Virus record (IMG/VR): IMGVR_UViG_3300045988_177154
Span: 96,001 to 160,000 of that record
DNA from: a virus
DNA length: 64,000 nucleotides
Direction: 5' to 3' (one strand)
A program made the position numbers and the translations under genes. A model generated the notes under the pieces. The model did not search any database and was not told the DNA's origin. It saw only the letters and a list, made by a program, of their open reading frames with translations. Of the stretch, positions 40,499 through 49,218 are shown one piece after another (the stretch's first letter is position 1; each line of letters begins with the position of its first letter).

Positions 40499-40993
40499 AT
40501 GAACAAAAGAAAAATTATTGCCATATGGGCAGAAGATGAAAATGGCTTAATTGGTAAAGACAATGGTTTACCATGGAAAAAGCCCGAAGATTTAAAACAT
40601 TTTAAAGAAACAACTATCAATAAAACAATTGTAATGGGTAGTAAGACTTTTGAAGGTCTTGGAAAGAAAACACTTCCTAACAGAACTACAATTATCCTTA
40701 CTAGAGATTTAAATTATGAGGCTAACGGAGCGATTGTTTGTAATTCTATTGATGAAGTTTTAAATAGTACAAATGATAATTTGTATATTGTTGGTGGGAA
40801 AGAAGTTTATAAATCTTTCTTTCCTTACCTTACTGATTTAATTAAAACTGAAATTAAAGGAACTTATGAGGGCGATACTTATATTGATAATACGTTTAAT
40901 TATCTACAATTTAAGCTAGACTCAATTAAACAGCTTTCTGATGATGTGCTTGTAAAATATTTCAAGAGGGTATCTGATGAAGATTATCAATAA
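40499..40993 (+). CDS. folA: dihydrofolate reductase
   Basis: IIAIWAEDENGLIGKDNGLPWKKPEDLKHFKETT...IVMGSKTFEGLG...LPNRTTIILTRD. Confidence 0.9.
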   Translation: MNKRKIIAIWAEDENGLIGKDNGLPWKKPEDLKHFKETTINKTIVMGSKTFEGLGKKTLPNRTTIILTRDLNYEANGAIVCNSIDEVLNSTNDNLYIVGGKEVYKSFFPYLTDLIKTEIKGTYEGDTYIDNTFNYLQFKLDSIKQLSDDVLVKYFKRVSDEDYQ

Positions 40994-41411
40994 AGATATA
41001 ACAACTCTCAAAAAAGGCATTTTACTTCAACAAGTCAATTGTCAAAATACAATGGGCTCTGGAGTAGCAAAAGCTATTTATTTAAAATGGCCTATCGTCA
41101 AGAAAGAATACCACAAATTTTCTCAAAACAAAACCCCTAATGATTTGCTTGGTCTAATCCAAGAAATAAAAATCAATGAAGATTTATTAGTAGTAAATTC
41201 CTTTACTCAATTAACTTATGGAAGAACTGGAAAACATACCAATGAAGATTTACTAATCAAAAATATTAAAGAAATTGCTAATAAATATAGCAATCAAACA
41301 ATAGTTATTCCTTACTTAATTGGGTGTGGATTAGGTGGTGGAAATTGGGATTACATTTTTAAAAATATAAAAAATATAAACAATCTTTTAATCTGTAAAT
41401 ATGAGGGATAA
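40977..41411 (+). CDS. macro-domain protein (ADP-ribose binding/hydrolase)
   Basis: Motifs LLQQVNCQNTMGSGVAKAI and IPYLIGCGLGGGNW. Overlaps folA by 17 nt. Confidence 0.75.
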   Translation: MKIINKDITTLKKGILLQQVNCQNTMGSGVAKAIYLKWPIVKKEYHKFSQNKTPNDLLGLIQEIKINEDLLVVNSFTQLTYGRTGKHTNEDLLIKNIKEIANKYSNQTIVIPYLIGCGLGGGNWDYIFKNIKNINNLLICKYEG

Positions 41412-41413
41412 TT

Positions 41414-41773
41414 ATGAAAGACTTGAAATTAAATGTCAAAGAATCACGTTACAAAGGCTTTAAAGTAGGACAAGGAGTACAATTTACTTATTTCACAAAA
41501 GATGATTTAGAAGTTATTAGAGTAGCATTTCTAACTTTAGGAAATGTCCGAACTAAATTCCAACGTGTTATTAAAAAGAAACCAGAGTTAGAAAAAGGTT
41601 TGGAAGAGCTTAAACATATTATCTATAAACGAACTAACTTTGTGCCAAGTGATAAGAACGATAAAGAATTTTTAGATTGGTGCAATAACATTGTCAAAGA
41701 AGGCTCAGTTGATTATTATAAAACATTGTTAAACAAAACTAAGAAAGAATTAGAAGAAGAAAAAGGAGAATAA
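41414..41773 (+). CDS. hypothetical protein (119 aa)
   Basis: Tightly packed in the operon. No motif recognised. Confidence 0.7.
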   Translation: MKDLKLNVKESRYKGFKVGQGVQFTYFTKDDLEVIRVAFLTLGNVRTKFQRVIKKKPELEKGLEELKHIIYKRTNFVPSDKNDKEFLDWCNNIVKEGSVDYYKTLLNKTKKELEEEKGE

Positions 41774-41775
41774 AT

Positions 41776-42267
41776 ATGACTACAATTAAAGAAAAAATTA
41801 CAGCTATGACAAAAGAAGCATTACTTGCTAATAAAGCTGCTTCAATGGATGGAGTAAAAGGAACTCCTAAAGAAAAAGAATTAAAAGAAGCAATTAAACC
41901 AAAACTTACTACATTACGTTCAATTGAAGCTGCTATTCACAATAAAGAAATTGAGAAAAAAGCTAAATTAACTGAAGATGAAATTGTTGGTGTGCTTAAA
42001 TCTGCTCAAAAAGTTCGTCTTGCAGAAAAAGAAGCTTTAGCAAATGCTGGAAGAGATACAGAAAAACTTGATGTTCAATTAGCAATTATCGAAACTCTAT
42101 TACCAGCTCAAATGTCTTATGATGAAGTTGTAGCAAAAGTAAAAGAAATTATTGCTAACGCAGAAGTAAAAGACCGTAAACTTATCGGAATTGCACAAAA
42201 AGAACTTAAAGGTAAGGCAGACGGAAAACTTATTACTCAAATTGTGAATGAGGAATTAAATAAATGA
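41776..42267 (+). CDS. GatB/YqeY-domain protein
   Basis: 163 aa, alpha-helical, with a YqeY-like layout (IKEKITAMTKEALLANK...LRSIEAAIHNKEIE...GKADGKLITQIVNEELNK). Confidence 0.65.
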   Translation: MTTIKEKITAMTKEALLANKAASMDGVKGTPKEKELKEAIKPKLTTLRSIEAAIHNKEIEKKAKLTEDEIVGVLKSAQKVRLAEKEALANAGRDTEKLDVQLAIIETLLPAQMSYDEVVAKVKEIIANAEVKDRKLIGIAQKELKGKADGKLITQIVNEELNK

Positions 42268-42863
42268 ATCCAGCTATATTAGCAGCTAATAAGAAACAAG
42301 GTAGAGGAAAATTTGACTTCACAAATTTTCTTCTCCTATTTTCAATCTTATTCATTATTACACGAGTATTCTTTTGGGGTACTTATAAAGTAGAAGGTCA
42401 TTCAATGGACCCTACTCTCAAAGGTGGAAATTACTTAGTATCAATAAATTATTTCACACCTGAAAGGGGCGATTTAGTAACAGCTAAAGAAGATGATAGA
42501 GTTATCATAAAAAGAATTATAGGCTTACCAAATGATACTATTGAATTTAAAAACGATAAACTATATATAAATGAAGTAGAACAAGATGAGTCTTACTTAA
42601 ATACTTTTAAAGAAGCATTTACTAAAGACAGACTTCATGAAATATATTCTTACAACGAGAACTATCAAATAAGAGCTGCACAAATGACACATTTTACTCT
42701 TGATAATGAGGGTAGAAGTGAATTTAAAATTACTCTAAAAGACAATGAATATTATCTATTAGGCGATAATCGACCAGTTTCAAAAGATAGTAGAGAAGTA
42801 GGGGCTTTTACTAGAAATCAAATTAATGGAAAAGTTATCATTAAAAACATTAACCCATTTTAA
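42264..42863 (+). CDS. lepB: signal peptidase I
   Basis: TM helix. Catalytic Ser box VEGHSMDPTL, Lys box KRIIGLPNDTIE, and GDNRPVSKDSR. Confidence 0.9.
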   Translation: MNPAILAANKKQGRGKFDFTNFLLLFSILFIITRVFFWGTYKVEGHSMDPTLKGGNYLVSINYFTPERGDLVTAKEDDRVIIKRIIGLPNDTIEFKNDKLYINEVEQDESYLNTFKEAFTKDRLHEIYSYNENYQIRAAQMTHFTLDNEGRSEFKITLKDNEYYLLGDNRPVSKDSREVGAFTRNQINGKVIIKNINPF

Positions 42864-42868
42864 AGTTG

Positions 42869-42898
42869 AAAACGGTTGAAAAACCGTTTTTCTTTTTT
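42869..42898 (+). terminator. intrinsic terminator
   Basis: aaaacggtt-gaaa-aaccgtttt plus a T-run. Confidence 0.8.
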
Positions 42899-42941
42899 GA
42901 TATGATTATTGTAAACAAAAATAAAAAAGGAGACTTTTGCT

Positions 42942-43193
42942 ATGACAAATTTAGTAGAAATAGCAAGAGCTTGGAGAGATAAACAACTAACTAAAGATGA
43001 ATTACTACAACATCTAAAACGAGTTAAAATATATAGACCAAATACAGATAGAGATAGCTCAGAAGAGCTTATCTACTTCATTGGGGATAAAAATAGTTTA
43101 TTTGAAGTCGAAGAATATATTTTCCCATTAGAAGAAGATAAACCCTCTTTTAACGAGTTTCAAACTTTGGTTAATTCTTCAAGTATCGCATAA
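42942..43193 (+). CDS. hypothetical protein (83 aa)
   Basis: RBS aaaggagac upstream. Confidence 0.7.
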   Translation: MTNLVEIARAWRDKQLTKDELLQHLKRVKIYRPNTDRDSSEELIYFIGDKNSLFEVEEYIFPLEEDKPSFNEFQTLVNSSSIA

Positions 43194-43200
43194 CAGAGTA

Positions 43201-43225
43201 AAGCCGGATTACGATTCGGCTTTTT
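43201..43225 (+). terminator. intrinsic terminator
   Basis: aagccg-gattacgat-tcggctt plus ttt. Confidence 0.6.
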
Positions 43226-43292
43226 CACGTTTGCAAAATACTCCATTTTTTGATAGAATATATTATAAAACAAAAAGAAAGAGGTGAACTAT

Positions 43293-43823
43293 ATGAACTT
43301 AGAAATGCTTATTACTTTTTCAATTATCTTCTTTCTGAATTTGATTACTTCAGCATTAAGCCAATTGAAATATGTACTTGCTAATAAATCAAAGAGTTGG
43401 GAAATGTACGCTCTTATTGGAATTGATACTCTATTCTATTTGTGGTCTTTAAAATTAGTTATGAAAGATACATCACTTTGGGGTGTAGTTGTTCTAACAA
43501 TTGGTAAATTATTAGGTATTACATTAGCTAACTTTATTGAAGATAAACTAATCAGAAAAATCTACCTTTATCAAATTTATTTATCAGATTATGAATTTGT
43601 TTTAGATTTAGAAAAAGCAGCTCATGAAAATAATATTTCAGTTACTACAGTAAAAGGTCACTCAAATGGCATTGAGCGATTCATTATTTCTGCTCATTTA
43701 ACTTCAAAACAAGCAAAATGGTTATTTACTTACTTAAAAGAGCATGGAATTAAAGACCCGACAGCAGATGCTTTTGAATTATCAAAGACTTTTGGAAATA
43801 TTAAGAATAGATTAGATTTTTAA
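43293..43823 (+). CDS. UPF0316/DUF2179-family membrane protein
   Basis: Start at ATG 43293, after aaagagg. Three TM helices, then a soluble C-terminal domain, as in the UPF0316 family. Confidence 0.5.
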   Translation: MNLEMLITFSIIFFLNLITSALSQLKYVLANKSKSWEMYALIGIDTLFYLWSLKLVMKDTSLWGVVVLTIGKLLGITLANFIEDKLIRKIYLYQIYLSDYEFVLDLEKAAHENNISVTTVKGHSNGIERFIISAHLTSKQAKWLFTYLKEHGIKDPTADAFELSKTFGNIKNRLDF

Positions 43824-43842
43824 AAATATTTTTAAATAGTTG

Positions 43843-43871
43843 TTGACAATTTTGGTAAAATCGTATATAAT
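43843..43871 (+). promoter_or_regulatory. sigma-A type promoter
   Basis: TTGACA 43843-43848, 17-nt spacer, TATAAT 43866-43871. Confidence 0.75.
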
Positions 43872-43901
43872 AGACTCATAAAAAGAAATGAGGATAAAAA
43901 T

Positions 43902-44015
43902 ATGTTTTACATTTTGCTAATTTCAATTCTACCAATTGCTTATGCTATGTGTTCAGAAGTTGATGAAAAAGTATTGCTTGAAAATGGTGTTATGCCATAT
44001 AAAAAGGGGAAATAA
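43902..44015 (+). CDS. small hydrophobic peptide (37 aa, MFYILLISILPIAYAMCSEVDEKVLLENGVMPYKKGK)
   Basis: RBS gagga 7 nt upstream. Stop TAA 44013-44015 lies just before the next ATG. Confidence 0.45.
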   Translation: MFYILLISILPIAYAMCSEVDEKVLLENGVMPYKKGK

Positions 44016-44016
44016 T

Positions 44017-44232
44017 ATGGTAAATGAAATTCTATTAGAAGTTATCAAAGAAGAACTTGCAGAAAAAGGACAAGTTAAAATTGTCAAAGGTTCAAAAGTA
44101 TTTGTAATGAAAGATTTACTCTATGTGGGGGCTCGTGATGATTACCAATTATCAGAGCAACCATTTGCACAAGACAAAGTTTGGCTTAAAGATTTCCAAA
44201 AGAATTGGGATTTTGACGCTATTGCTATTTAA
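44017..44232 (+). CDS. hypothetical protein (71 aa)
   Basis: Start placed at ATG 44017, after aaaagggga. The longer ORF-track start has no RBS. Confidence 0.65.
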   Translation: MVNEILLEVIKEELAEKGQVKIVKGSKVFVMKDLLYVGARDDYQLSEQPFAQDKVWLKDFQKNWDFDAIAI

Positions 44233-44258
44233 AACTTATCATTTTTGATAAGTTTTTT
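44231..44258 (+). terminator. intrinsic terminator
   Basis: aaaacttatca-ttttt-gataagtttt plus a T-run. Confidence 0.8.
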
Positions 44259-44265
44259 ATTTTTG

Positions 44266-44294
44266 TTGACAAATTTCATTCCTTATTGTATAAT
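44266..44294 (+). promoter_or_regulatory. sigma-A type promoter
   Basis: TTGACA 44266-44271, 17-nt spacer, TATAAT 44289-44294. Confidence 0.75.
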
Positions 44295-44324
44295 AAATAT
44301 ATAAGAACAAAAGGAGCATGAAGA

Positions 44325-45179
44325 ATGACAGCATTAACAGAATTAAAAGAAATTGTAAATATTGAAAGTTTGCAATCAGCATATTATCAAGATAAATTCA
44401 AGCTTAATCTTGAAGAAACTTTAAATCTGCTAGATAAACTTGAAATTGAACAAATGATTAAGGAATTAACTTTCTATGGAAAGGGCTTTAAAATTATTGT
44501 TATCTCTAATGATGAAGATTACACTTATTTTGAATATGTATCTACAAAAGCTCCCAAAGTTAAAACAGAATATACTCCACTCTCATTATGGAAATCTGAT
44601 TTGACTTATTCAAATGAATTTAAAACTTCTGTACCATTTAAAACTCAAAAAATGCTTAAAGAGGAAGAAGAGTTAAGAATTAAGGAAGAAGCAGATGCTA
44701 AAGAAAGACAAGAAAAAGAATTAAATGAAGTAAAAGAAAACATTACTACATGGAAAGAAGAAATTGAAAGAGATTGTACTCCAATTACAGATATTACTTC
44801 TTTTACAATGATTGACCACAAAAGAAATCGTTTTAGTGCTTATCTTGTTGTTCCATATTTGCCAAAGAATTATATGTACAGAATTTCTGATGAAAACTTT
44901 TTGACTGAGAAAGAACGCTATGCTTTTGATTGGATTGGATATGGAACAATTGAAGATGGTAAGTTACAACTTGTAGGTAAGGGTATGGCTTATGTTACTA
45001 AAGCTTATAATGACATTTATCAAAATGCAGTTGAAGAATTATTAAAGAAGCAGTTAATTATTCCTATTCTTGGTATCTCACCTAAGCGTTTGCGTTTGAC
45101 TGGATTTGAAATAAGTGAATGCTCTACTAAGGAATACATTAACATAGTTTTACCAGATATTAAGAATTATTATAAGTAA
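44325..45179 (+). CDS. hypothetical protein (284 aa)
   Basis: RBS aaaggagc upstream. Central E/K coiled-coil. Confidence 0.75.
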   Translation: MTALTELKEIVNIESLQSAYYQDKFKLNLEETLNLLDKLEIEQMIKELTFYGKGFKIIVISNDEDYTYFEYVSTKAPKVKTEYTPLSLWKSDLTYSNEFKTSVPFKTQKMLKEEEELRIKEEADAKERQEKELNEVKENITTWKEEIERDCTPITDITSFTMIDHKRNRFSAYLVVPYLPKNYMYRISDENFLTEKERYAFDWIGYGTIEDGKLQLVGKGMAYVTKAYNDIYQNAVEELLKKQLIIPILGISPKRLRLTGFEISECSTKEYINIVLPDIKNYYK

Positions 45180-45200
45180 GAAAATGAAAGGGAAATAAAA

Positions 45201-45413
45201 ATGAATAAATTTGTTGAGATTATTATTTGGAAACAAGGTTATGATGAACAAGTAATCATCAATGTTGATGATATTGCTAGGCTGAGTGAGGGACCAAATA
45301 TTCTCACACTAAAAACACCCTTTGCAGATGGGAGTTTTGATAGAAGTATATCCTCTGAAACTGCTGATAAACTAAGGAAAATATTAAATATAGAAACAAT
45401 TGATGCTATGTAA
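45201..45413 (+). CDS. hypothetical protein (70 aa)
   Basis: RBS aaagggaa upstream. Confidence 0.65.
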   Translation: MNKFVEIIIWKQGYDEQVIINVDDIARLSEGPNILTLKTPFADGSFDRSISSETADKLRKILNIETIDAM

Positions 45414-45438
45414 AATCACTTTTTGAATAATGAAAATG

Positions 45439-45467
45439 AAAGAGTTATGAAAATAACTCTTTTTTTG
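45439..45467 (+). terminator. intrinsic terminator
   Basis: aaagagttat-gaaa-ataactcttt plus a T-run. Confidence 0.8.
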
Positions 45468-45496
45468 TTGACTTTTTTAGAAAATTTTAATACAAT
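45468..45496 (+). promoter_or_regulatory. sigma-A type promoter
   Basis: TTGACT 45468-45473, 17-nt spacer, TACAAT 45491-45496. Confidence 0.65.
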
Positions 45497-45586
45497 GAAT
45501 ATAGGTAAATATATATAAATTAAGTGACAGTTAATTATTATATATTTTTAGATATAAAATATAAAAAAGAGAGGTTAGCAAAAGAA

Positions 45587-46039
45587 ATGACAACTGTATT
45601 ATCCAAGCTCATTTTCAAAAATGAATATGTAGTAATACTTAAAAATGACGAAGCAATTGGTGTAGATAAAGTTTCAGGCTTCGCAGGCAAAGTTATTATT
45701 TTGAAAAATGGTAGTAAATACAATGAAGATACTCTAACAAGTAGGACTGATGAAACTAGAATTGTACCATATTATACTTTGACTGCTCATAGAACTCTAT
45801 CTGCTTGGGAAAAAGAAAATAAAATCAAGAAATTTAGACATAGAGTTTTATTTAAATTATTTAAAGAATTTGCTTTGCGATTTACATTTGATACTTGTTC
45901 GCAACTGACACAAGAAAAATCAAAATTAACTCCAATTAAATACGTCATTACTCCACTTGAGCTTGAACAGACTGTCAGTGAAAAAGTTGCTGAGCTCTAT
46001 AAAGGAGAATATTATGACCGTGAACCCGTACAAAATTGA
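45587..46039 (+). CDS. hypothetical protein (150 aa)
   Basis: Start placed at ATG 45587, after agagagg. Confidence 0.65.
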   Translation: MTTVLSKLIFKNEYVVILKNDEAIGVDKVSGFAGKVIILKNGSKYNEDTLTSRTDETRIVPYYTLTAHRTLSAWEKENKIKKFRHRVLFKLFKEFALRFTFDTCSQLTQEKSKLTPIKYVITPLELEQTVSEKVAELYKGEYYDREPVQN

Positions 46040-46202
46040 GTATCAAAATTTACTCAAAGAATTAGCAGAGGATAGAGATGAATCCTTAAAAGTGCTAGAG
46101 GAAGGAGTTGATTCCGAAACACATATAGAACTTAAAAAAGAAGTTTATGTTTTGAATAGCATAGTAGCAAGAATGGAAAGTTTTTTGAGGGAAGAACCGT
46201 GA
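46014..46202 (+). CDS. hypothetical protein (62 aa)
   Basis: Start at ATG 46014, after aaaggag. Overlaps the upstream gene by 26 nt. Confidence 0.55.
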   Translation: MTVNPYKIEYQNLLKELAEDRDESLKVLEEGVDSETHIELKKEVYVLNSIVARMESFLREEP

Positions 46203-46543
46203 AAATATTTTTGGACGATTTAAGACCAGTACCAGATGAATTTGATTTAGTATTTAGAAGCGGTAAAGCATTACTGAAATACTTAAAAGAAAATCCTAAT
46301 CAACATTATGAGTTAATCTCATTTGACCATGATTTAGGAGAAAACACTTTAACTGGCTATGATGTAGTAAAAGAAATTGTAGATGATTTAGACATTAACT
46401 TTACTTTTGATAGATTTCAATTTCACACTGCCAATGTAGTTGGATTTAGGAATATGTATTATTACTTAGTAAATGCTCAAATTTATGATTTATTCCCACC
46501 TGGTATTATAGATAAAAATTTAAAGACTTACACAAGTGTATAA
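46199..46543 (+). CDS. receiver-like domain protein (resembles the cyclic-phosphate-processing REC-like domain of RNA-repair contexts)
   Basis: GTG start overlapping the upstream stop. Motifs MKIFLDDLRPVP...ISFDHDLGENTLTGYDV. The family assignment is from memory. Confidence 0.35.
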   Translation: MKIFLDDLRPVPDEFDLVFRSGKALLKYLKENPNQHYELISFDHDLGENTLTGYDVVKEIVDDLDINFTFDRFQFHTANVVGFRNMYYYLVNAQIYDLFPPGIIDKNLKTYTSV

Positions 46544-46650
46544 CTGATTTTGAGGGTTGTTATATCGTCATATAAGCAACGCTAAAACAGTTAAAACTGA
46601 TTTTCGATAAATGTATCGAAAGTCTACAAAAGCAGCTTAAAACAGCTTAA
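46543..46650 (+). repeat. dispersed intergenic repeat, copy 7
   Basis: aactgattttgagggttgttatatcgtcatataagcaacgctaaaacagttaaaactgattttcgataaatgtatcga...cagcttaaaacagcttaaaa. Confidence 0.85.
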
Positions 46651-46718
46651 AATTACATTAGCAAATTTGCCAAAAAACTATATAAAGGAATAAAATTAGA
46701 AAGACAAAAGGCAACAAA

Positions 46719-47345
46719 ATGACTACGTTTAAAGAACTTACTAAAAAATATAACTGTACAGCAAAATGTCAATCACTTTTAGAGCGACTTGATATGGTAG
46801 AAGAAAAATTTGAGCAATTCAGTAACAAACATCAAATTGATGAACACTATGGATTAGACTTTGACTTTCTTTATGGGGACTTTACTTGGAAACCTAAATT
46901 AACTCAAAAACGCACTATTCAAGAGCATTTAGTAACTAATCACGAATTGATTGAAGAATTGAAAAATCTCTCTGATGAAGATTTTATTAAAGTGATGTCT
47001 ACTATGGAAAGTGATTTGCTAAAAGCATTTGCTTATCACATTGTTAATATTACTGGCCTGGCTATTTATTACAATTGCTTATTCAAAATAGACCAATTAA
47101 GAAATGTTAACCAAGACTTTAAAGAAACGATAAATTACAAGGACGAAGATATTACTATTTCAAAAACATATGATTACTTTGTTATGAATTACAAAGATTA
47201 TTTATGTATTCATTATTTTAAAAATGATAGAATGTTTTCATTTTCAAATCCAAGCCTCAAAACTAATGAGATTGAATGTCTTAAAGATTTTGAAGAGCAG
47301 GTTGAAAAAGATGTGGAGTTCTTGATTGAATTTTTGAATAGTTAA
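46719..47345 (+). CDS. hypothetical protein, paralog family C member 1 (short form)
   Basis: 208 aa. N-terminal MTTFKEL and C-terminal FLIEFLNS are shared with 47426..48715. Confidence 0.75.
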   Translation: MTTFKELTKKYNCTAKCQSLLERLDMVEEKFEQFSNKHQIDEHYGLDFDFLYGDFTWKPKLTQKRTIQEHLVTNHELIEELKNLSDEDFIKVMSTMESDLLKAFAYHIVNITGLAIYYNCLFKIDQLRNVNQDFKETINYKDEDITISKTYDYFVMNYKDYLCIHYFKNDRMFSFSNPSLKTNEIECLKDFEEQVEKDVEFLIEFLNS

Positions 47346-47372
47346 AGATAGCACTTTATGTGCTATTTTTAG
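47346..47372 (+). terminator. intrinsic terminator
   Basis: atagcac-tttat-gtgctat plus a T-run. Confidence 0.7.
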
Positions 47373-47425
47373 TTACTTTTTCAGAAAAAATATTATATAA
47401 TACAATAAAGAAAAGGAGTAAAAAT

Positions 47426-48715
47426 ATGACTACATTTACAGAATTACTTAGAGAAGCAAAAGATGAACCAAAAATAAAGATTAAAGAGCGGCCAATAAAT
47501 TTAGACTTACAAAAGACTATTGATTCATTAAATAAAATGTTTAATGAAAATTGGACTCCATTATTTGATGAAAATAAAGAATATGAATTATGGGATAAGT
47601 ATAATTCTCACATTTATTTTGGCAAAGATTATAAATATGTATTACTAGCAGGCAAAACACCAATCAACAAAGTTGAATTATTACCTGTAAATTGGCTTTT
47701 TATTAAGAAATTTCCTTACTCAACAAAGATTTTATATGTTATTGTTTTAAGAGAATTGGTACAACAAAAATTGAGTGCAAAATTTAGTGAAGCTATCTCA
47801 GTCTCTGGTTTAGCTGAAATCTTTGATGATGTACAAGATTTAGATTATTTAATAAAGAGCATGAATAATGTTTTAGGTGAGAATACACTTATTGAAAAAG
47901 ATAATAGTATTAAATTCAAAAATGAAATAATTTCAGTACCTAACTTACAACTAATGAAAGATTGTTATAATGTTAAAAATGAAGAGCTTTTTGATGCCAT
48001 TACTTCAAAACATTATGAAGAAATAAATTTAGATTTATTTAATATGCTCAATACACATGAGAAGATTTATCCTACTCTTATTAAATTACTTAACAAATTG
48101 AAAACTCTATATCTTGATGAAGTACACACTTATTACAAAGATGAATGTATTAAATATGCTGAAGCTGAATTTGAAATACTTTGTGAGGATTATTCTATCA
48201 ATCCAAACCATTATGTTTTATGTCCAGTTATCTTTAAGAATAAATTAACTTGGGATATAAGGTCTAAAAATAGACTTAAGCTTCCTACTTTTTATCTATT
48301 GAATCATTGGAGCACTCATAAAGCTATGAAATCAATTTCTGAATCTGCTTTTCGTGAAAGCTTGGGTTCTATGGTAAAACCTATTGAAGATGAAGCTCTG
48401 CGTTTAGAATGTAATTCTACAGTTGATAAGATTGTTAATGAATCATTAAAACCAATTAAGAAGCTTAATTTATCAATGAGAGATTTAGATAATGAAATTG
48501 ATTTTAACAGTTGTAAAATAAATGTAAAGACCAAAGACGGCAAACTTACTCTAAAATACAAAGACTATACTTTCCATGTACCTTATTACTCTCCAAATAG
48601 TGTTCACACTTATTTTGAAAAAGAAAATGGAATTGAAGATAATAAAATTTGGGCAAAAACAAAAGAAGATATTCAAACAGTTGCTGATTTGTTCATTGAA
48701 TTTTTAAATAGTTAA
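47426..48715 (+). CDS. hypothetical protein, paralog family C member 2
   Basis: Start at ATG 47426, after aaaaggag. Contains WTPLFDENKEYELW and C-terminal LFIEFLNS. Confidence 0.8.
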   Translation: MTTFTELLREAKDEPKIKIKERPINLDLQKTIDSLNKMFNENWTPLFDENKEYELWDKYNSHIYFGKDYKYVLLAGKTPINKVELLPVNWLFIKKFPYSTKILYVIVLRELVQQKLSAKFSEAISVSGLAEIFDDVQDLDYLIKSMNNVLGENTLIEKDNSIKFKNEIISVPNLQLMKDCYNVKNEELFDAITSKHYEEINLDLFNMLNTHEKIYPTLIKLLNKLKTLYLDEVHTYYKDECIKYAEAEFEILCEDYSINPNHYVLCPVIFKNKLTWDIRSKNRLKLPTFYLLNHWSTHKAMKSISESAFRESLGSMVKPIEDEALRLECNSTVDKIVNESLKPIKKLNLSMRDLDNEIDFNSCKINVKTKDGKLTLKYKDYTFHVPYYSPNSVHTYFEKENGIEDNKIWAKTKEDIQTVADLFIEFLNS

Positions 48716-48748
48716 AAGATAGCACAAATTTGTGCTATTTTTTATTTT
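48716..48748 (+). terminator. intrinsic terminator
   Basis: atagcacaaa-tt-tgtgctat plus a T-run. Confidence 0.75.
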
Positions 48749-48752
48749 TCTA

Positions 48753-48781
48753 TTGACAAACTAAAAATTATATAATATAAT
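48753..48781 (+). promoter_or_regulatory. sigma-A type promoter
   Basis: TTGACA 48753-48758, 17-nt spacer, TATAAT 48776-48781. Confidence 0.7.
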
Positions 48782-48810
48782 AGACTTATACAATGAAAGG
48801 AAGATAAAAA

Positions 48811-49176
48811 ATGGAAAGATTACATAGAACTATTTACTTAATCGAAGAAAACCCACTTGTAAAAAGCTTTGGAAACGTTGAAGATGTTTTGAAAAGTATT
48901 TATGGTGGGCGAAAAGTTAAAACAATTACAACAAAAAGAACTGATAAGAATTTTGATTTTGGCCATGGTGGAAGAAATCAATCTTATTATCTAACAGACC
49001 AAGAAACTCGCACATACGAAATTGCTGTTACTCCAACTGATAATTATATTATTAAAGTAACAGGTTACAATCTTCAAACTTGTGACCGTCATTTTAAGGT
49101 GGACGAATTTGAAGTACTTGGTATGTCAATAGTTAAAGTGTTAAAACGTTCAATGAAAACTGCTGGAATCGTTTAA
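48811..49176 (+). CDS. hypothetical protein (121 aa)
   Basis: RBS aaaggaag upstream. Confidence 0.7.
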   Translation: MERLHRTIYLIEENPLVKSFGNVEDVLKSIYGGRKVKTITTKRTDKNFDFGHGGRNQSYYLTDQETRTYEIAVTPTDNYIIKVTGYNLQTCDRHFKVDEFEVLGMSIVKVLKRSMKTAGIV

Positions 49177-49218
49177 AACATTACTTAATTAAATTTTAAA
49201 AATAGAAAGAATAAAGAA

